From Lama guanicoe (Eukaryota), in assembly GCA_013239625.1 (NCBI GenBank), contig MU056050.1, positions 854,084-918,083 of the forward strand: DNA of 64,000 bases, given 5' to 3'. The notes under the pieces are model-generated. The model did no database searches, was not told where the DNA came from, and saw nothing but the letters and a program-made list of their open reading frames with translations. A program made the position numbers and the translations under genes. Below, in pieces: positions 50,635-63,705 of the stretch (positions are counted from its first letter, which is position 1; each line of letters starts with the position of its first letter).

Positions 50635-52082
50635 TCCTTGCCTACCCTCAAATCTCATTTCCTGACACCGTCTGTCTCACTTGCTATACTCCAGCTCGAA
50701 TGGTGTTCTCTCAGTTTCCTAAATATGCCATGCTCTCTTTTATCTCAGGACCTTTGCATATGCTGTTCTGTGTTATACAACTCATTTCCCATCTTCCTTA
50801 CCTAACACACCCATGTTCATTACTCAGTATGGGGGTGAAACACTACTACTTCCTTCTTGCAGGAAGCCATCATTGATTCCCTTCAAATTATGCTAATTCC
50901 CTTATTATATGTTCCCCATAGCATCCTGCATTTCTCCACTACAATTACTTGATCATATCTGTCCTTTGGATTGACTCAATAGACCATGAGATCAGTGACC
51001 ATACCTACCTTTGCTTATTCTTCTCTCTCCCTCATCCCTTCTTCAAAACCAACAAATATTTTTTGAGCAGATAACTTGTGCCAGGCCCAGTGCTAGCTGC
51101 TAGGAATATAGTAATGACCAAAAGAAACAACGCCTATGTCTTCGTGAAGCTTACTCTTTAGTGGAACATAAAAACAATTAAATAAGAAAACAAATATATA
51201 AACAAAATACTTTATTTCATCGATTGTGAGATCTCATTTTCCCCCTGCATTTTAACGTCTATGTAATTGGGGTGTGTCTCAGAATCAGTGTAACAAGGAA
51301 ATATGTTCTTTTTCTTTTTTATTAATACATAAAATATTTGTGTGCCTTGTAATTGAAGACGTCTTAGATTTGATGAAAATAGTTAGTTACCAAGTATGTT
51401 AAATGCTGGAAAGAAATAAAATGATATGAAGGATGATAAATTTGGAGGACAGGCTGTATTTTCAACATTTGGAAGCATGTTCAGTGCCTAGTATAAATAT
51501 ATCCTGAACTCATTATCTTATCCATCTTTCTGAATAACCTCTTTCTTCCTGCTGCCCCAAATACTCGTTGCCTTGTTTAAGGACACTTAGATCCACCTAG
51601 TTGCCAAGGCCAGTAACCTGTGTTACATACTTGATTTTTGCCCCAAACCTTCTAGTATACAACTGATCTCCCAGTGCTGTTGAAATCAACATTCTATATA
51701 TCTTCCAGATCCCCTCCCACCCCACCATCCCCACTGCTACTGCATTTTAATATTAAGCATTCATTGTTTACAGGCTTAACTATTCCAATAGTCTGCAAAT
51801 TCACTCTCTGATTTCTTCTTTTATTTCTTCAACCCATTCTTTATAGTGCCGACAAAGTGATCTTCAGTCATTGCCAAAACTGTCCCTCACTGATCACCCT
51901 CCATCACCAGAGACCTATAAAACTTCGTATATATTTTGGTTCATAGCTATTATCACCTTGTATTATCTCCTGTAAGTCCCAAGAGGGCAGGGATCATGCC
52001 TACTTCAGTTCACCACTGTATCATGGCAATCCAGGAGTAGAGCGGATATGTGGATTCTGAATAAATGCTTGTTGAATAAATG
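50635..52082. mobile_element. Cluster of L2 fragments
   Basis: tcaggacctttgcatatgctgtt; aacaaatatttttgagc...gtgccaggcc; gagggcagggatcatg...aataaatgcttgttgaataaatga. Confidence 0.75.
51208..51384. mobile_element. MER104-like TcMar-Tc2 MITE
   Basis: Imperfect terminal inverted repeats tatttcatcgatt / gatttgatgaaaata; internal cattttaacgtct. Confidence 0.7.
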
Positions 52083-52974
52083 ACGTTGTACTTCCCCCTT
52101 GTTACCCCAGCTATCTGGCATCAACACTAATGTTTAAATGCGGGAAGTTTAGGTGATTTTCTGGTTAAAACAGAATTTCCAAGTGTGGCCCTTGTTAACT
52201 TTAGACATTTTCAGTTTGTGAACTTATTAAGTGTATCAGTTTTCTCGCCATTTCTGACTTTCTTTTGGCAGGGACAATAAATAAAAGCATCAAACAAATT
52301 ACCCATGAGTACACATCAACTCATATTATAACATGCCCTATTTTGGATATGTCAGGCTCCTCCCTGACTGTGTCCCAGTGGGAATCAATAGTGAAGCATT
52401 GTGGCTATAGTTAGAAGCATAAGTTGTCATGCTGATACAGGCATTCAGTGATATAACTCTTAAGAAGAAGGAATTTTTTTACCTCCTAAAAGCTACTGGT
52501 TACCTTAGAATTGCCTTTCAAAAGGCAGCTAATATGTGAAACTTGAAGTGGTAGAACTGAAGTGAGGTAGAAAAGAAAAGGTTGAGTGCTTCCGTGAGTT
52601 GCATAACAATAGTCTCTTCTTCCCAGAGCTCACCATGAATGATTAAAAATCACCCCTCGGGCTCTTGGCCTGAATCTCCTGCTTGTAACAGGAGATCTGC
52701 GCATAAAAGAACGGCTGCCCATCTGCTAGGAAAACAAAAGGAAATAAATGAGATTTATCCATTTTATGCTGAAGATCATATTATCTGAGGTGGCTTTTTT
52801 AAAAAAAATTCTTTTTACCATTGTTTAAACTGAATGAAAATTCAGCTTATTTCCTAGTCACAGAAGTAAAAGCGAAAAAAAAAATCTTGTGTTTCTTAAA
52901 ATGAATCAACTTCAATGAGGCCTTTGAATAATTAGTGACCTGGCTACTTTTTGTTTTTGAGAGGATTGTTTATT

Positions 52975-53260
52975 CTATTTATTTATTTATTTTTGACATA
53001 CAAAAAGCTGTACGTAATTAATGTATACAACTTAAGTAAACACCCATGAGGCCTTCACTGCAAGCTATGCCATAAACTATCCATCACCTCCAAAAGTGCC
53101 CTCTTGCCCTCTGTTACTATGATTTTTTCCGTGATAAGAATACTTAACATAAGAACTACCTTCTTAGCAAATTTTTAAGTGTACAGTACAGTATTGTTAA
53201 CTATAGGTACTATGTTGTACAGTAAGTCTTCAGGGCTTATCATCTTAAATAACTGAGAAT
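52975..53260 (-). mobile_element. L1MA-type 3' end
   Basis: ttgacatacaaaaagctgtac...ccatcacctccaaaagt...cttagcaaatttttaagtgtacagtacagtattgttaactatagg. Confidence 0.82.
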
Positions 53261-53379
53261 TACACCTTGGCCCATTTTAAAAATAAATGTTTTTCTTATT
53301 ATACAAGTAATGCATCAGATACTGAAACTTACTGAGACTCCTTCATTTTCTGACACCCTCTCAACATATGCTCTCAGGA

Positions 53380-53575
53380 ATACCTTGGCAAGGAGTGAGA
53401 ATATAGAAGATTGCTTACTAGTTCGTAAGTGTTTTTGCCTAGAAGTGAGACATAGATGCTCACATTTCACTGGCCAGAACTAGTCATATGGCCACCTTTA
53501 ATCTCAAAGAGGTGTGAAAATTTTGTGCTTCCACTTGCCTGAAAGTAGAGAAGAACCAGATACTGTCTCCCACAA
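53380..53575 (-). mobile_element. MaLR LTR fragment (MLT1K-like)
   Basis: gctcacatttcactggccagaactagtcatatggccac. Confidence 0.7.
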
Positions 53576-54735
53576 TAGCTAAATGCTGAATTAAATGTTG
53601 ACATAGCTATTAGAATATGCACATTTAGTAAGTGTGTTACCCATTTAAAAATTACTCTCCAGGAGAATTATAACATTTTATATTCAAACCATTTTAGTGA
53701 TTAAGGAAATTTCCCTACACTTTCCCTCTTCCAATCCAGTAATATAATTTTAAAATATCTATATTTTTGTTTAATTGACATTTCTTTGATTATTAAAAGG
53801 ATAACCATTTTGATATATTAATATGGCCTGGTTCATCTTGATGACTTTAAGGAAGCTTTTAAAAACATGATTTTGAGTGTGATGCAGTGGTATTGTTATA
53901 GCTGGAGTGACTGCAGTAGTGGAATGAATCTTAAAAGATATAAATTGCTATAGGTAGGGTGCTCTTTTGGCTGTATTTTCTTATCCTTCAAATCCAGGGA
54001 GCAATTGAGTTCATGAATACAATTTCATTTAAAATGAATATAGCTTTCTCAAAGAAGGTACTTGACCATATTTGAAAATTATGCCTATGTGCTTAGTGAA
54101 GAAATAGGAGATTCTATTACTGTGCAGAGTCTCATCTCCCTTACCATATTGGGAGCACTTTATTGTTAATGGCATTATCTTCATCGTCTTTTGATTTCCC
54201 CATGTGTATAACACAGGGCTGTGTATATGAATAGGAATTTAGTAAACGTGTTCAATGAAACTCATTGAAAAATAAAGGGAACTTATTTTACATATGTATT
54301 ATTTATTCATCTTATATCAAGCATTTGGATTGGGAAGTACTTCTTTGCTAAGATTACTAAGTAATTTGTAATACTGTCAAAGGCAAGACCAAAGACAATG
54401 ATATGTCCCTCTTTGTATCTGTAGGTGAGGAGCCATGCTGAAAGGAATTCTCCAAACCTAGATAGAGTGTAGACATTTTTACTTCACTAAATGCTTTTAT
54501 AAAATGTTTGGTTGGGACCATGGAGCTTAAAGGCCTCCAATTTATGATTTAGCTTCTATTGAGATACTGTGCTAAAATTCCTCTCGCCTTAGTGTTGAGT
54601 TCATCCTGAGGAGTCAATGTGGGCTTTAACACTTTGGTCTGATTTTAGCAGTGCCCAAAATTAAAAAGGATTAAAAATAATTTTTATGACCTGAATGAAA
54701 AGATGAGATTTCATTTGAACACATTGTTGAACTTT

Positions 54736-54987
54736 ATTTTTCGAAATTGTAGTCAGTTACAATGTGTCAATTTCTGGTGTTCAGCATAATGTTTCAATTA
54801 TACATATAAATACATATATTTGTTTTCATATTCTTTTTCATTATAGCTTACTGTAAGATACTAAATATAGTTCCCTGTGCTATACAGAAGAAATTTGCTT
54901 TTTTAATCTATTTTATATGTAGTAGCTAATATTTGTAAATCTCGAACTCCCAATTTATCCCTTCTCACTCCTTTTCCCCCTGGTAAC
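54736..54987 (-). mobile_element. Camelid/cetartiodactyl-type L1 3' stub
   Basis: Perfect 14-bp TSD cattgttgaacttt at 54722-54735 and 54988-55001. Confidence 0.92.
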
Positions 54988-55269
54988 CATTGTTGAACTT
55001 TGACAGGTTACTGTGTCCCTAGATGGAGAGGATTTTTTGTGAATTTCCATTTCTTTATGGATGTGTTCGGCACTTGACCAGAACTGATGAGGATTGGAGA
55101 CTGGGCATAAAGAGAAGGGATTAAGATTATTTTCTTCTGAATTAGTGATCTTGAAGGAGGATTAATAAAATGGCCTCACTTAGGCTAACAGATTGTTTAT
55201 TCTTATTCTTGCCCTTAGAATGGTCAACTGACCCGACTGACTGGTTGCTACTCACAGCTCCAGGCCCAT

Positions 55270-55733
55270 TGTTAAAACTAGAGCTACTGATCTTACTGTC
55301 TACTTTATTCCAGTAATTGAAAGTAATAATCATGCTTGGTCTCTAAGTCGTTCTCCAAGGAGAAGGTCACAGGACCTTAGCCTTACAAAATAGCTTGAAT
55401 TACCAAGAAGACCACACCTTGAATGTTTAAGAGATGAAGAGATCTAACCTCTGGCCTCTATAGAATTGGTTGCCTAGAGGCATCTTGACGCCATTCGAAG
55501 TCTTCTGATGAGAAAATGATTCTGTTGATTGTTATCGAGATACTTTTTTTTTGAGCTATGGCTATATAACCACCCTACCCCATCGAAGGTGGGTTCACAG
55601 TTTTGAAGGCACTAGCCTGCCGTGAGTCCCCTTTGCTAGGCAAAGCAATAGAATTGCCTCTTTTCTTCTAAGCTCCAAGACCTTGTCTTTGGGTTATTTG
55701 GCTTGTTAGGGACTGGGTGATCTTTCGGCAACA
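55270..55733 (+). mobile_element. ERV1-class solo LTR
   Basis: tgttaaaac ... ttcggcaaca termini. TATA box tatataa at 55563-55569. ggcactagcctg...cctttgctaggcaaagcaata motif typical of this class. TSD not evident. Confidence 0.75.
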
Positions 55734-56850
55734 ATCTTGCAGGAACCATTTCTCAGTGCTTTTGGCAGTGTGATACCAACATTGAATCAGTCAGTTTAAA
55801 TGAAGAAATAATCGGAGGAATCACTGTGTGTTTGAGATAGTATAGATTAATGTATCAGATTTCATTTACAGAAAGTAGGAATTTTTAATGGGAGGGAGAG
55901 ATACTGGAATAGACATTTGAGGTAAGAATTGGGTGTTTCTATATCTGTGTTCTTTAATAAGAGAACAAATTTGGTTAAATACCCATATGCCTAAAGACAG
56001 GAGGATGGACCAGATAACCCTTTGCTGTACCTCCTGGCAATAAGAGTCCCAAGATTCTGTGCGGTCTCCCATATCCCAGTTAGAAGTTACCTTTAGTTCA
56101 GCATTATTACCATTTTAGCTTTTGATGTTTCCGAGCTTGTAGAGTTTGAGCATAGGTATTAAGGTGGACTAGTGAGTTGCTCTGTGTCATTCAGCTCAGA
56201 ACTATTTATTGAGTTTTACCAAACAGTACTGCTATGCATATTAACATATAAGAAATTGCTCTTGTCTTTAAGGACCATGCAGTCAATTTGAATAGAGAGG
56301 CAAAAATGACACTGGATATAGAGACCAAGTAAGTAAAATTTTGTATGTTATTTCTCTATTTCAATAGCAGTTTGTAGAAAGCTTTCATCAGTGTGGGCTA
56401 CAGTGATTGACTTGTGGAGGAGATAGACCTTGAGGAAATCCCTGTGGATAAGGATTTAGATAAGCTGAGGTTGGAGTCTGAGGGAATTTTAAGTAGGGGA
56501 ACCAGATACAATCAGAGGCACTGGAGAGCCATCCCTTAAAGTTTTCCTTTATTTAAATTAATAGTGTCCAATTTGCTTGTTCAGTAGCAGCTTTCTTCTC
56601 CTAGGTAACTTTATTATCCTCTGTGAATAGTAATCCTCTAATTAAATAGTAAGAACCTATCAAATCTCTATATAAAAAATATAATGTGGAGAATCCTTAC
56701 AAAATTATTAGCTACACTTTGAGGATTGTTTTTTGTTTATGTGGATCTCTTTTATATTTAGGCCATCTCAGCTCACTTTTCTGTTTCTGGCCCCATATGA
56801 TGACAGAATAAATCAGGCTGATTATTTGGTACCTGGGATTCTTTAAGAGT

Positions 56851-56853
<3 letters not shown>

Positions 56854-56882
<29 letters not shown>
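56854..56882. repeat. (TG)n microsatellite, about 14 units
   Basis: Directly visible. Confidence 0.97.
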
Positions 56883-56886
<4 letters not shown>

Positions 56887-59245
56887 CCTGGAAAAGCACC
56901 TTACCTTTGATAAATCTATCAGATTTCTAATGTGACAACTTTCTTAGCTATTACTCTCCTTACTTAGAAGTTTGTTACTTTGGAAAGTTTTTCTTCATTC
57001 ATGCTCTGCGAAAATGGCAGGGTGCATATAACAGCTTGCTGAGATCACTAGCAATGAGGTTGATGCACAAGGCCATTCTGGGGGATGCCAGCAAGTCACT
57101 GACAAGATTCATATGTTCCATATTCAAAACCCTAAATCATGAGTCTGGTCTGGCACGTGTTTGTATGTCTGTCTCTCATCTTTCCATTCATCTTCCATTT
57201 AAGCAGTAACATTTGAATTCTCTACTTCTGACACATCTTCTATATTTCATTTCTATCTGCGTATTTTCATTTAATATGAAATTGAACACAAAAACAACTT
57301 TTGAGCATGTATTTTTGCTGAGATTTTTCTCTCATTAAATATCTGAGGCAAAGGTGCTTTGGTGGAGTTTTCAGATGCAGCATGGATAAAAAAAAATCTA
57401 TCAATACCCTATTTCCAAGAAAGCACTTCATTGAGAGGTGGCAGTAATTTTAAAATTAATGGTACCTGAGGTGATTGTGATATTCTTCAACATAAAGCCA
57501 CGCTTCATTGGGTTTGGTTTTCAAATAATTTTTCAAGTGTCTATTGGGCTTTGTGTCTGGTTCTCTTTCAGAATCTGCCCTTGGTGTCAGGGCAGCTGTT
57601 ATGTTGTCTTTGCTGTACTGTGGTCTCTGTGAAATGACACAATGCTTGTGGGTGTGATAGTTTGATAAATGAATTTCTTTATAAATATGACTTCTGTGGC
57701 AAGTTTTAAAAGAAACTAGTCTAATATAACCAATAATCTGGGACATTGGTATATCAAATAATAGAGTAATGTAATGATTAGCTCCCAAAAGAATGATATT
57801 GGTAGGGAAAATGTATACTTTGTATGTATAAATGTACAACAGGTTTGATGAAAAAAAAGTTGAAACGTTAAACCTATCCCCACTAAAGACTGTGGAATAG
57901 GAGGACATGATGTTTCCATTATTAAAATTATCTCAGCCATCTAGGTATACATTAGTCTCTCGCAAAATGAAGCTTCAAGATGAGTTTCTTTGATATCCAA
58001 AAGTCCTCTGGACCATCTTCATCCAACCTAATCTAGACTGAAATACAAGGAATGGGCATGATACTTAACTTTAGTCCAAACCAGATAAAAATAGAAGCTT
58101 ATGCATGTTTCAGAATAATTGTTTATAATATGACATAGTGTTTCAGATTCTCCATTATAAATCATTTTGGCATCGTGTACCTGATTGAGAAGTTTGGTAC
58201 TCTTTTCTATACTTGAGCTCCCGCCCCATTCTTCACAGTAGATCGAATTTATAAAGAAAAACGTATTTTCTGAAGGGAAATTTGATTTCTGAACTAGTAA
58301 CTGAGGGAGATAGTGTAAACTTCTTGATTAAAAATAAATGGAAATTCTATGAATGATGCCATGTCTCCATGTATAAGGGCTTTCAAAAATATATACGGAC
58401 AATAAAATCAACTGAAACGAAAATAAGACATCACAATATTTGCTGGAAGATGCAACTCATTTTTGTTATTAAACAAGGTCCCCTATTTTGTTTAATAGAT
58501 CTTATAATATAATACAACATAGTATAATATAATAATGTATTAAAAATATCTATCATTCTAAAGGAAGCAATTCCTAAAGGCACAAGAAAAGCAGATCATC
58601 ACCAACATATTGTGATCTGAGAATTATTGAATGACCTGCCTCCCTAAAATCATCTTCTCCACTGACCAATAAGAATTCTCCAAATTCTCACAATGGCAAT
58701 ATTGTATCTAGCCTGTAAACATTTTCGTTGGATGGAGTAATGCTTTCATTAATCAGCAACATCCATTGTCACATTAGCAGCACATTGTTCCAGCAAAGTC
58801 AATTATCAGACGGAGTAATTCCTAGAGGAAATATGACCTAGGACGAAGAGATTTTGGGATAAAAGAGATTTACAGAGAATGGATTGTTGTCTAGGGTAGA
58901 CAGGCTCTAGCGAGCCACCTCTGTTGGGATGATATTAGGGGTGAGGGGGAGTGTGCTCTGGGCTGCCAGGTCCAAAATGTCAAAAGGGAAGGTGAGCAGT
59001 GCCAAAGACTGACTTTCCCTCCTGTACAATCCTTCCTGTATGCAATTCCTGAGGAAGCATGACAATCCATACATGTAATGTATTTTGCTAAAATCTCTGT
59101 AGATTTGAGAGTTAGCTTTTAGTTCAAAGACTGTTACCAAAATGTGAATCACATATTAATATGTATTGACTAAATCTTTTGTACGTATTTTCTTAGAATG
59201 GTAGAAATTTAGACTTACAAGGGCCATTCCAGAGCATCCATGACT

Positions 59246-59470
59246 CTGTGGTTTTCAAATTGTGTTCCCTGGAACTCTGTGATTCTCAAAAAAAGTCTTG
59301 GGGCCACTGTAGGGGTAAAGAAAAGGAGTAACAGAGATAGCTTCAGATCCCTGCCCATGGTACGGGTAGAGCAGATACACTATATTCTGTTTTCTCTATT
59401 CTGTCTTTGAATAGGTTATTATTTTCAAAAAGATATTCCATTGATTTGAAAAATGGTTTAAAAATCATGA
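59246..59470. mobile_element. hAT-Charlie MITE (MER103-like) within a MIR remnant
   Basis: gtggttttcaaattgtgttcc ... tggtttaaaaatcatg inverted termini. Confidence 0.55.
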
Positions 59471-59989
59471 ATCTATTCTGATTCTTTTATTTAACAGATG
59501 GAGAGTTAGAGACAAATCTTCCTACTTCCTACAGAATCGTAGGGAAAGGCCAGTCTGAATTAAATTGGAATTTAAAAATATAGCTTAAGTTTTAAATATA
59601 GCACATGTTAAAGATTGATATAAATGGATGCTAATAAGCAGAATGAGGTAATTTAATGAAAAAATTAAGATTCAGACTTACTCTACATCAAATAATAAAC
59701 TACCATAAACAAAAGATCCTGTTAGTATGCATGAATTAATTACAGACCTAGTTCAAAGCCTATTGCAGTTATTCTTAATTTATTCATTTTGGTTTGTGAA
59801 AACGACTGATTTTAGATGTGAACTGTTATCTTAAATGAGACCTTGAAAATATACAAAGGAAAGCGTCATTCACAAAGTTATGCTCAGTTAGGATTTTTAA
59901 TGATACCTGAATTACCAACATTGTTCTTCTGTTGTCTTCAGTCATATTTTCACTGTGCTTCATGAATGACAAACGTACTGTTGCCCCTG

Positions 59990-60365
59990 TGATTTTTCTC
60001 ATGCCTCTTCCTATCTTAGGCTACCATTACCCTCCCCTTTGCTTCTCTGAATCTTAACTGTTCTTCAAAATTTCACTGGTTTCATCTTGTCCAGGAAGTC
60101 TTCTTTGACCACCATAGCCCTCACTAATCTTGCCTTCCATTCAACAAGTAAAGTGCTTCCTCTGTGTGTCTGTTATTTGAAACTTAGCACAAACTAACTT
60201 GTCTTCTTCTTTGTCTTCATATGTATTTGTCCTATTCACCTTTCAGTGCTCTTGCCAAATGATATACTTCTTGAAATAGAGGCCATCCTAAATCTCTTTG
60301 ACTCCATATCCCTCTGAAGATACCTTGTTTATAGTAAATGATCAGTAAATATTTGTTGGTTGACT
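59990..60365 (+). mobile_element. L2 3' fragment
   Basis: tccaggaagtcttctttgac...agtaaatatttgttggttga. Confidence 0.6.
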
Positions 60366-61789
60366 GTCATTGTCACTTAAACAGTCTTAGACAACTCAAT
60401 TATATTTAGGTGTATAGTCCCCATAAAAATTGGCTAAGGAGTCGGACATTCTCAGTTCTCAGAAGCCTTTTAAGCCATTATGTTTTCTAATTTTAAAATA
60501 TACAATTTAGTAGACAATGAGATTAAGTAGGGAATCATACAAGAATACAGAATTACTTTTCTAGTGCTTAGGTTCTGTCCAAAATGCCCCTCAGCTTATT
60601 GTGAATTCATTAAGCTTCTGTTTTTTGAGTAATGAAATGAGAAGTGTTTTAACTAACTATAAGAAAAATATATTTCTGTCATCCTAAAGGAAGCAGTTTC
60701 TAAAGTATATTTGTCCATCTCTGGACATATTTTGAACTTAATTTGACTGGAGATTATTGCAATAATCCAATAAGACCCTTTATCCTAAGTAGAAATATAT
60801 ATTCTTACCAAATTTTCATGTTACACCGATAGGAACTATTTCTTCTTTCCTCTGCAGTCTTGACCTTGGGGTAAATATTTGAATTCTCTCTGTCTTGGCA
60901 ATGATATGAATATGTTTATAGAATTTATATTAAGAGTTGGAAATTTATCACAATTATCTTGTTTTCAAATTGAAAGTAAGTACCGTTATATTCTAATGTG
61001 AATTAGCTTAAGAATTCAAAAAGGTAGCTCTGCATTAAGATGAAATATATTGGGTGGTGAAAAGGATCATTCTTTTGTGCTTATGTACAGAAGGTGTTAT
61101 GATTGATTTGCTTAAATTGGAAGTCCCAGTAAGGAGGCAGTTTTGTATCTTTTGTTGAGCAGCAGTTATCTTTGACTTTTAGAATTTCAGAAATATGTAT
61201 GACTTGAAATTATTTTTAAATAATAGTTTAGCATTAAGAGGGTGCTTCTATGCTCAAAATAAACCCACTTCTCTGTTGGGCATCTTGGGAAGGATCAAAA
61301 CGATCCCTGTGTTCTCGGAGTTAGAGAGTCTCTCTGCTGATCTACATTGGCTACAATAAAAAAGAATCATTTATGCTTGAGGTAAGGCCACTCCTTTCTT
61401 GGCCTCTCTGTCTCTGTTGGCTGGAGTCAATAGGGAGCCTAAACGCCTTCTGACTGCTCAGAGTAAGACCGTTCCTCTATGAAACTTGGTATCTTCGTGA
61501 GCAGGATGCGAGTGTGTCCCATTAAACACTACATGTTTCTGGTAACAAGCCTGTTTTTCCTGTACTTCCTCACATAAATGAATAGCTTACCTCCGCCCAC
61601 CCCATCTGCACTGAGAACACTGGGACTGATCTAAATGTGTGCTTTACCTCTTTATTTTAGTCATTGGAAGATGTCCAGATGATCCCTTATCCCCCCAACT
61701 CTAATCTGCATATCCTTCCACACACCCCTCTTCTGATCCCGTCTTCTGTTCCTCCCCAACCACCTTTCACTGAGCTCTTTAGAATTCAT

Positions 61790-63030
61790 GTTTAGTCATC
61801 AGCAAAGTATCCTATATCTTCAACTGCTTTTCTGAAAGCTCTTGTCACTTTATGCTTTAATTGAAATCTGGGTTTCTTCTGAGGATACTGCTTCCCTTGT
61901 AGTTCTCTCACCTGATGGTTGCTTGCTTTCTTCCATCCTTCATGTAAACAGGCCTGGAGATGGGATAGATGCCCTCCTTTCTCCTCGTTGCTCTTTACAG
62001 GCAGTTTTTATTTAACCACCTCAAAACTGCCCAGCCTGGAATCTTATGCCATTAGACTTTATCTCCTTGATACTTCCATCAGGTAGTCTACAGATCACTT
62101 TCTCCTATGCCTTGGTAATTTTAGCTCCTGGCCCACTGTCATTCTTTCCAGTGCTATTCCTATCATATTTTTTGAAGATTTTATTATGAATAAAGGTGAT
62201 TCTTCCAACACCATTGGCCTTCACTCTAAATATTTGTCTGCTACCCTACTCTTAGACACTAACTTCCATGGTCATACTCTATACTTTATCATTAACAATT
62301 ATTGTAACCTATCAGTTACCCCAGTTTTAGGCGTCCATCCCACTTTCTGAATACTAACTCTCCTCTTTCTAGCTCACTTTCTCTAGTACCCAACTCCAAC
62401 AATATTTTAGCCCCATGGGGGCCTACAGTCCATTAATCCTACCACCATTTTATTGTCCCTTAAACCCCTCATGTCTTTACTTCTTATCTAGCTTAAATGC
62501 CATGAACAATCATAATATTTTCTTCTTGGCATATATCCTTAATTATCTCATCACTTTCTCATTTTGTTTTGTACTTAATACTTGGCAAAACCACAGCCAA
62601 AAATTAAATCTAACTCTCATTCTATTCCATATCAACACTTGTAGAGTGGAATATGGCTGGAAGAGAACACATAACCATATTGACTGATTTCATTTTAAGT
62701 TCATGATTAATAATCTCAAGTGAACCCAGCAGTCTTGTTTCCCTAATCTAACATTCAGCTGTTGACCTTGTTTCCTAAACTGTAAATACTTAACCATAAG
62801 CTGTTAATAATGCATCTACCTATCTTCTATGCCCACCTACCCTGCCTTCTTTCCTCTTTTGAAAAAAATGTTCTTGATCCTGTCACAGGCCATTCTCTGT
62901 ACTGTACACTAAATCCTAACTCCAACTCAAAATACAGCTCCAAATATTCTTCCTTCTCTTTCCTGCATCACTTTTCTTCACCCTACTGGATATTTCTCAT
63001 CTGTATAAATATTCTATCATTTTTTCTAGA
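61790..63030 (+). mobile_element. L2 internal region with a degraded APE-type endonuclease domain
   Basis: gctttaattgaaatctgggtttcttctgaggatactgct translates ALIEIWVSSEDTAS (L2 motif ALTETWLSPEDTAS). GDFN-like gaagatttt. catggtcatactcta is HGHTL. Confidence 0.75.
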
Positions 63031-63034
63031 CTTA

Positions 63035-63705
63035 AAAAATTGTCAGGGAAATTACAAAAGAAAAGGACAAAAGCCAGCTAAAAAGTATAGAAGGAATGAT
63101 GGAATTAAAAAAAAAAACACAACAGCACTGTTTTGTAATCCCTAATGTTATAATTGATTGAGGCAAATAACTGCTAAAAATAGTGGGTAAAAGGCTTTGA
63201 GGGCGAAAGATTTGTGGTGTCAAAGTTTTTACCCCACAGATAATTTTAAAATTGTGGAGAGAAAAATATACTTTTATAAGAGAGAAATCTGGTGATCAGT
63301 ATCTTAAGAAAAGGACCAAACTCCCTAACACTAATAGTGAAATAACTAGGAATTTTGTGCCTTGGTGCTTTGATGTGGGCAAAATGACTTAAACAAAATC
63401 ACCTCTCAAATATTTTTGCTCCAAAATGTTCAATTTGACTCTAATCAAGCCTGTAGGTCTTAATGTTACAGGGAACAGAGGTACCAATTAAATAATGATA
63501 CAAGGAAATAGACTAATCCAGAATGTGGGATATTTTATAGGACAATTGGCCTATATTTTTCAAAAAGTCGATGTCGTAAAAAACTGGTGGGAGAATTCGA
63601 TTGAAAGATAAGAGAGGCATAAAACTCAAATGTAGTATTTGAATCTTTATTGGGTCCAAGCTATTCATAATAACAGCTATAAAATATATTTTGGGGCAGT
63701 TGGAT
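63035..63705 (+). mobile_element. L1MC4/L1ME-type 3' region
   Basis: gagaaatctgg...ccaaaatgttcaatttgactctaatc...aatccagaatgtgggatattttataggacaa. Confidence 0.7.

Noticed and set aside
52674..52696. Small hairpin atctcctg-cttgtaa-caggagat
   Set aside because: An 8-bp stem is expected by chance in 64 kb; no miRNA-length stem or snoRNA boxes
58636..58821. Minus-strand AG...GT bounded 186-nt segment near the 57466 candidate
   Set aside because: Stops in all three frames and a weak donor (CAG|GTCATT); at most non-coding
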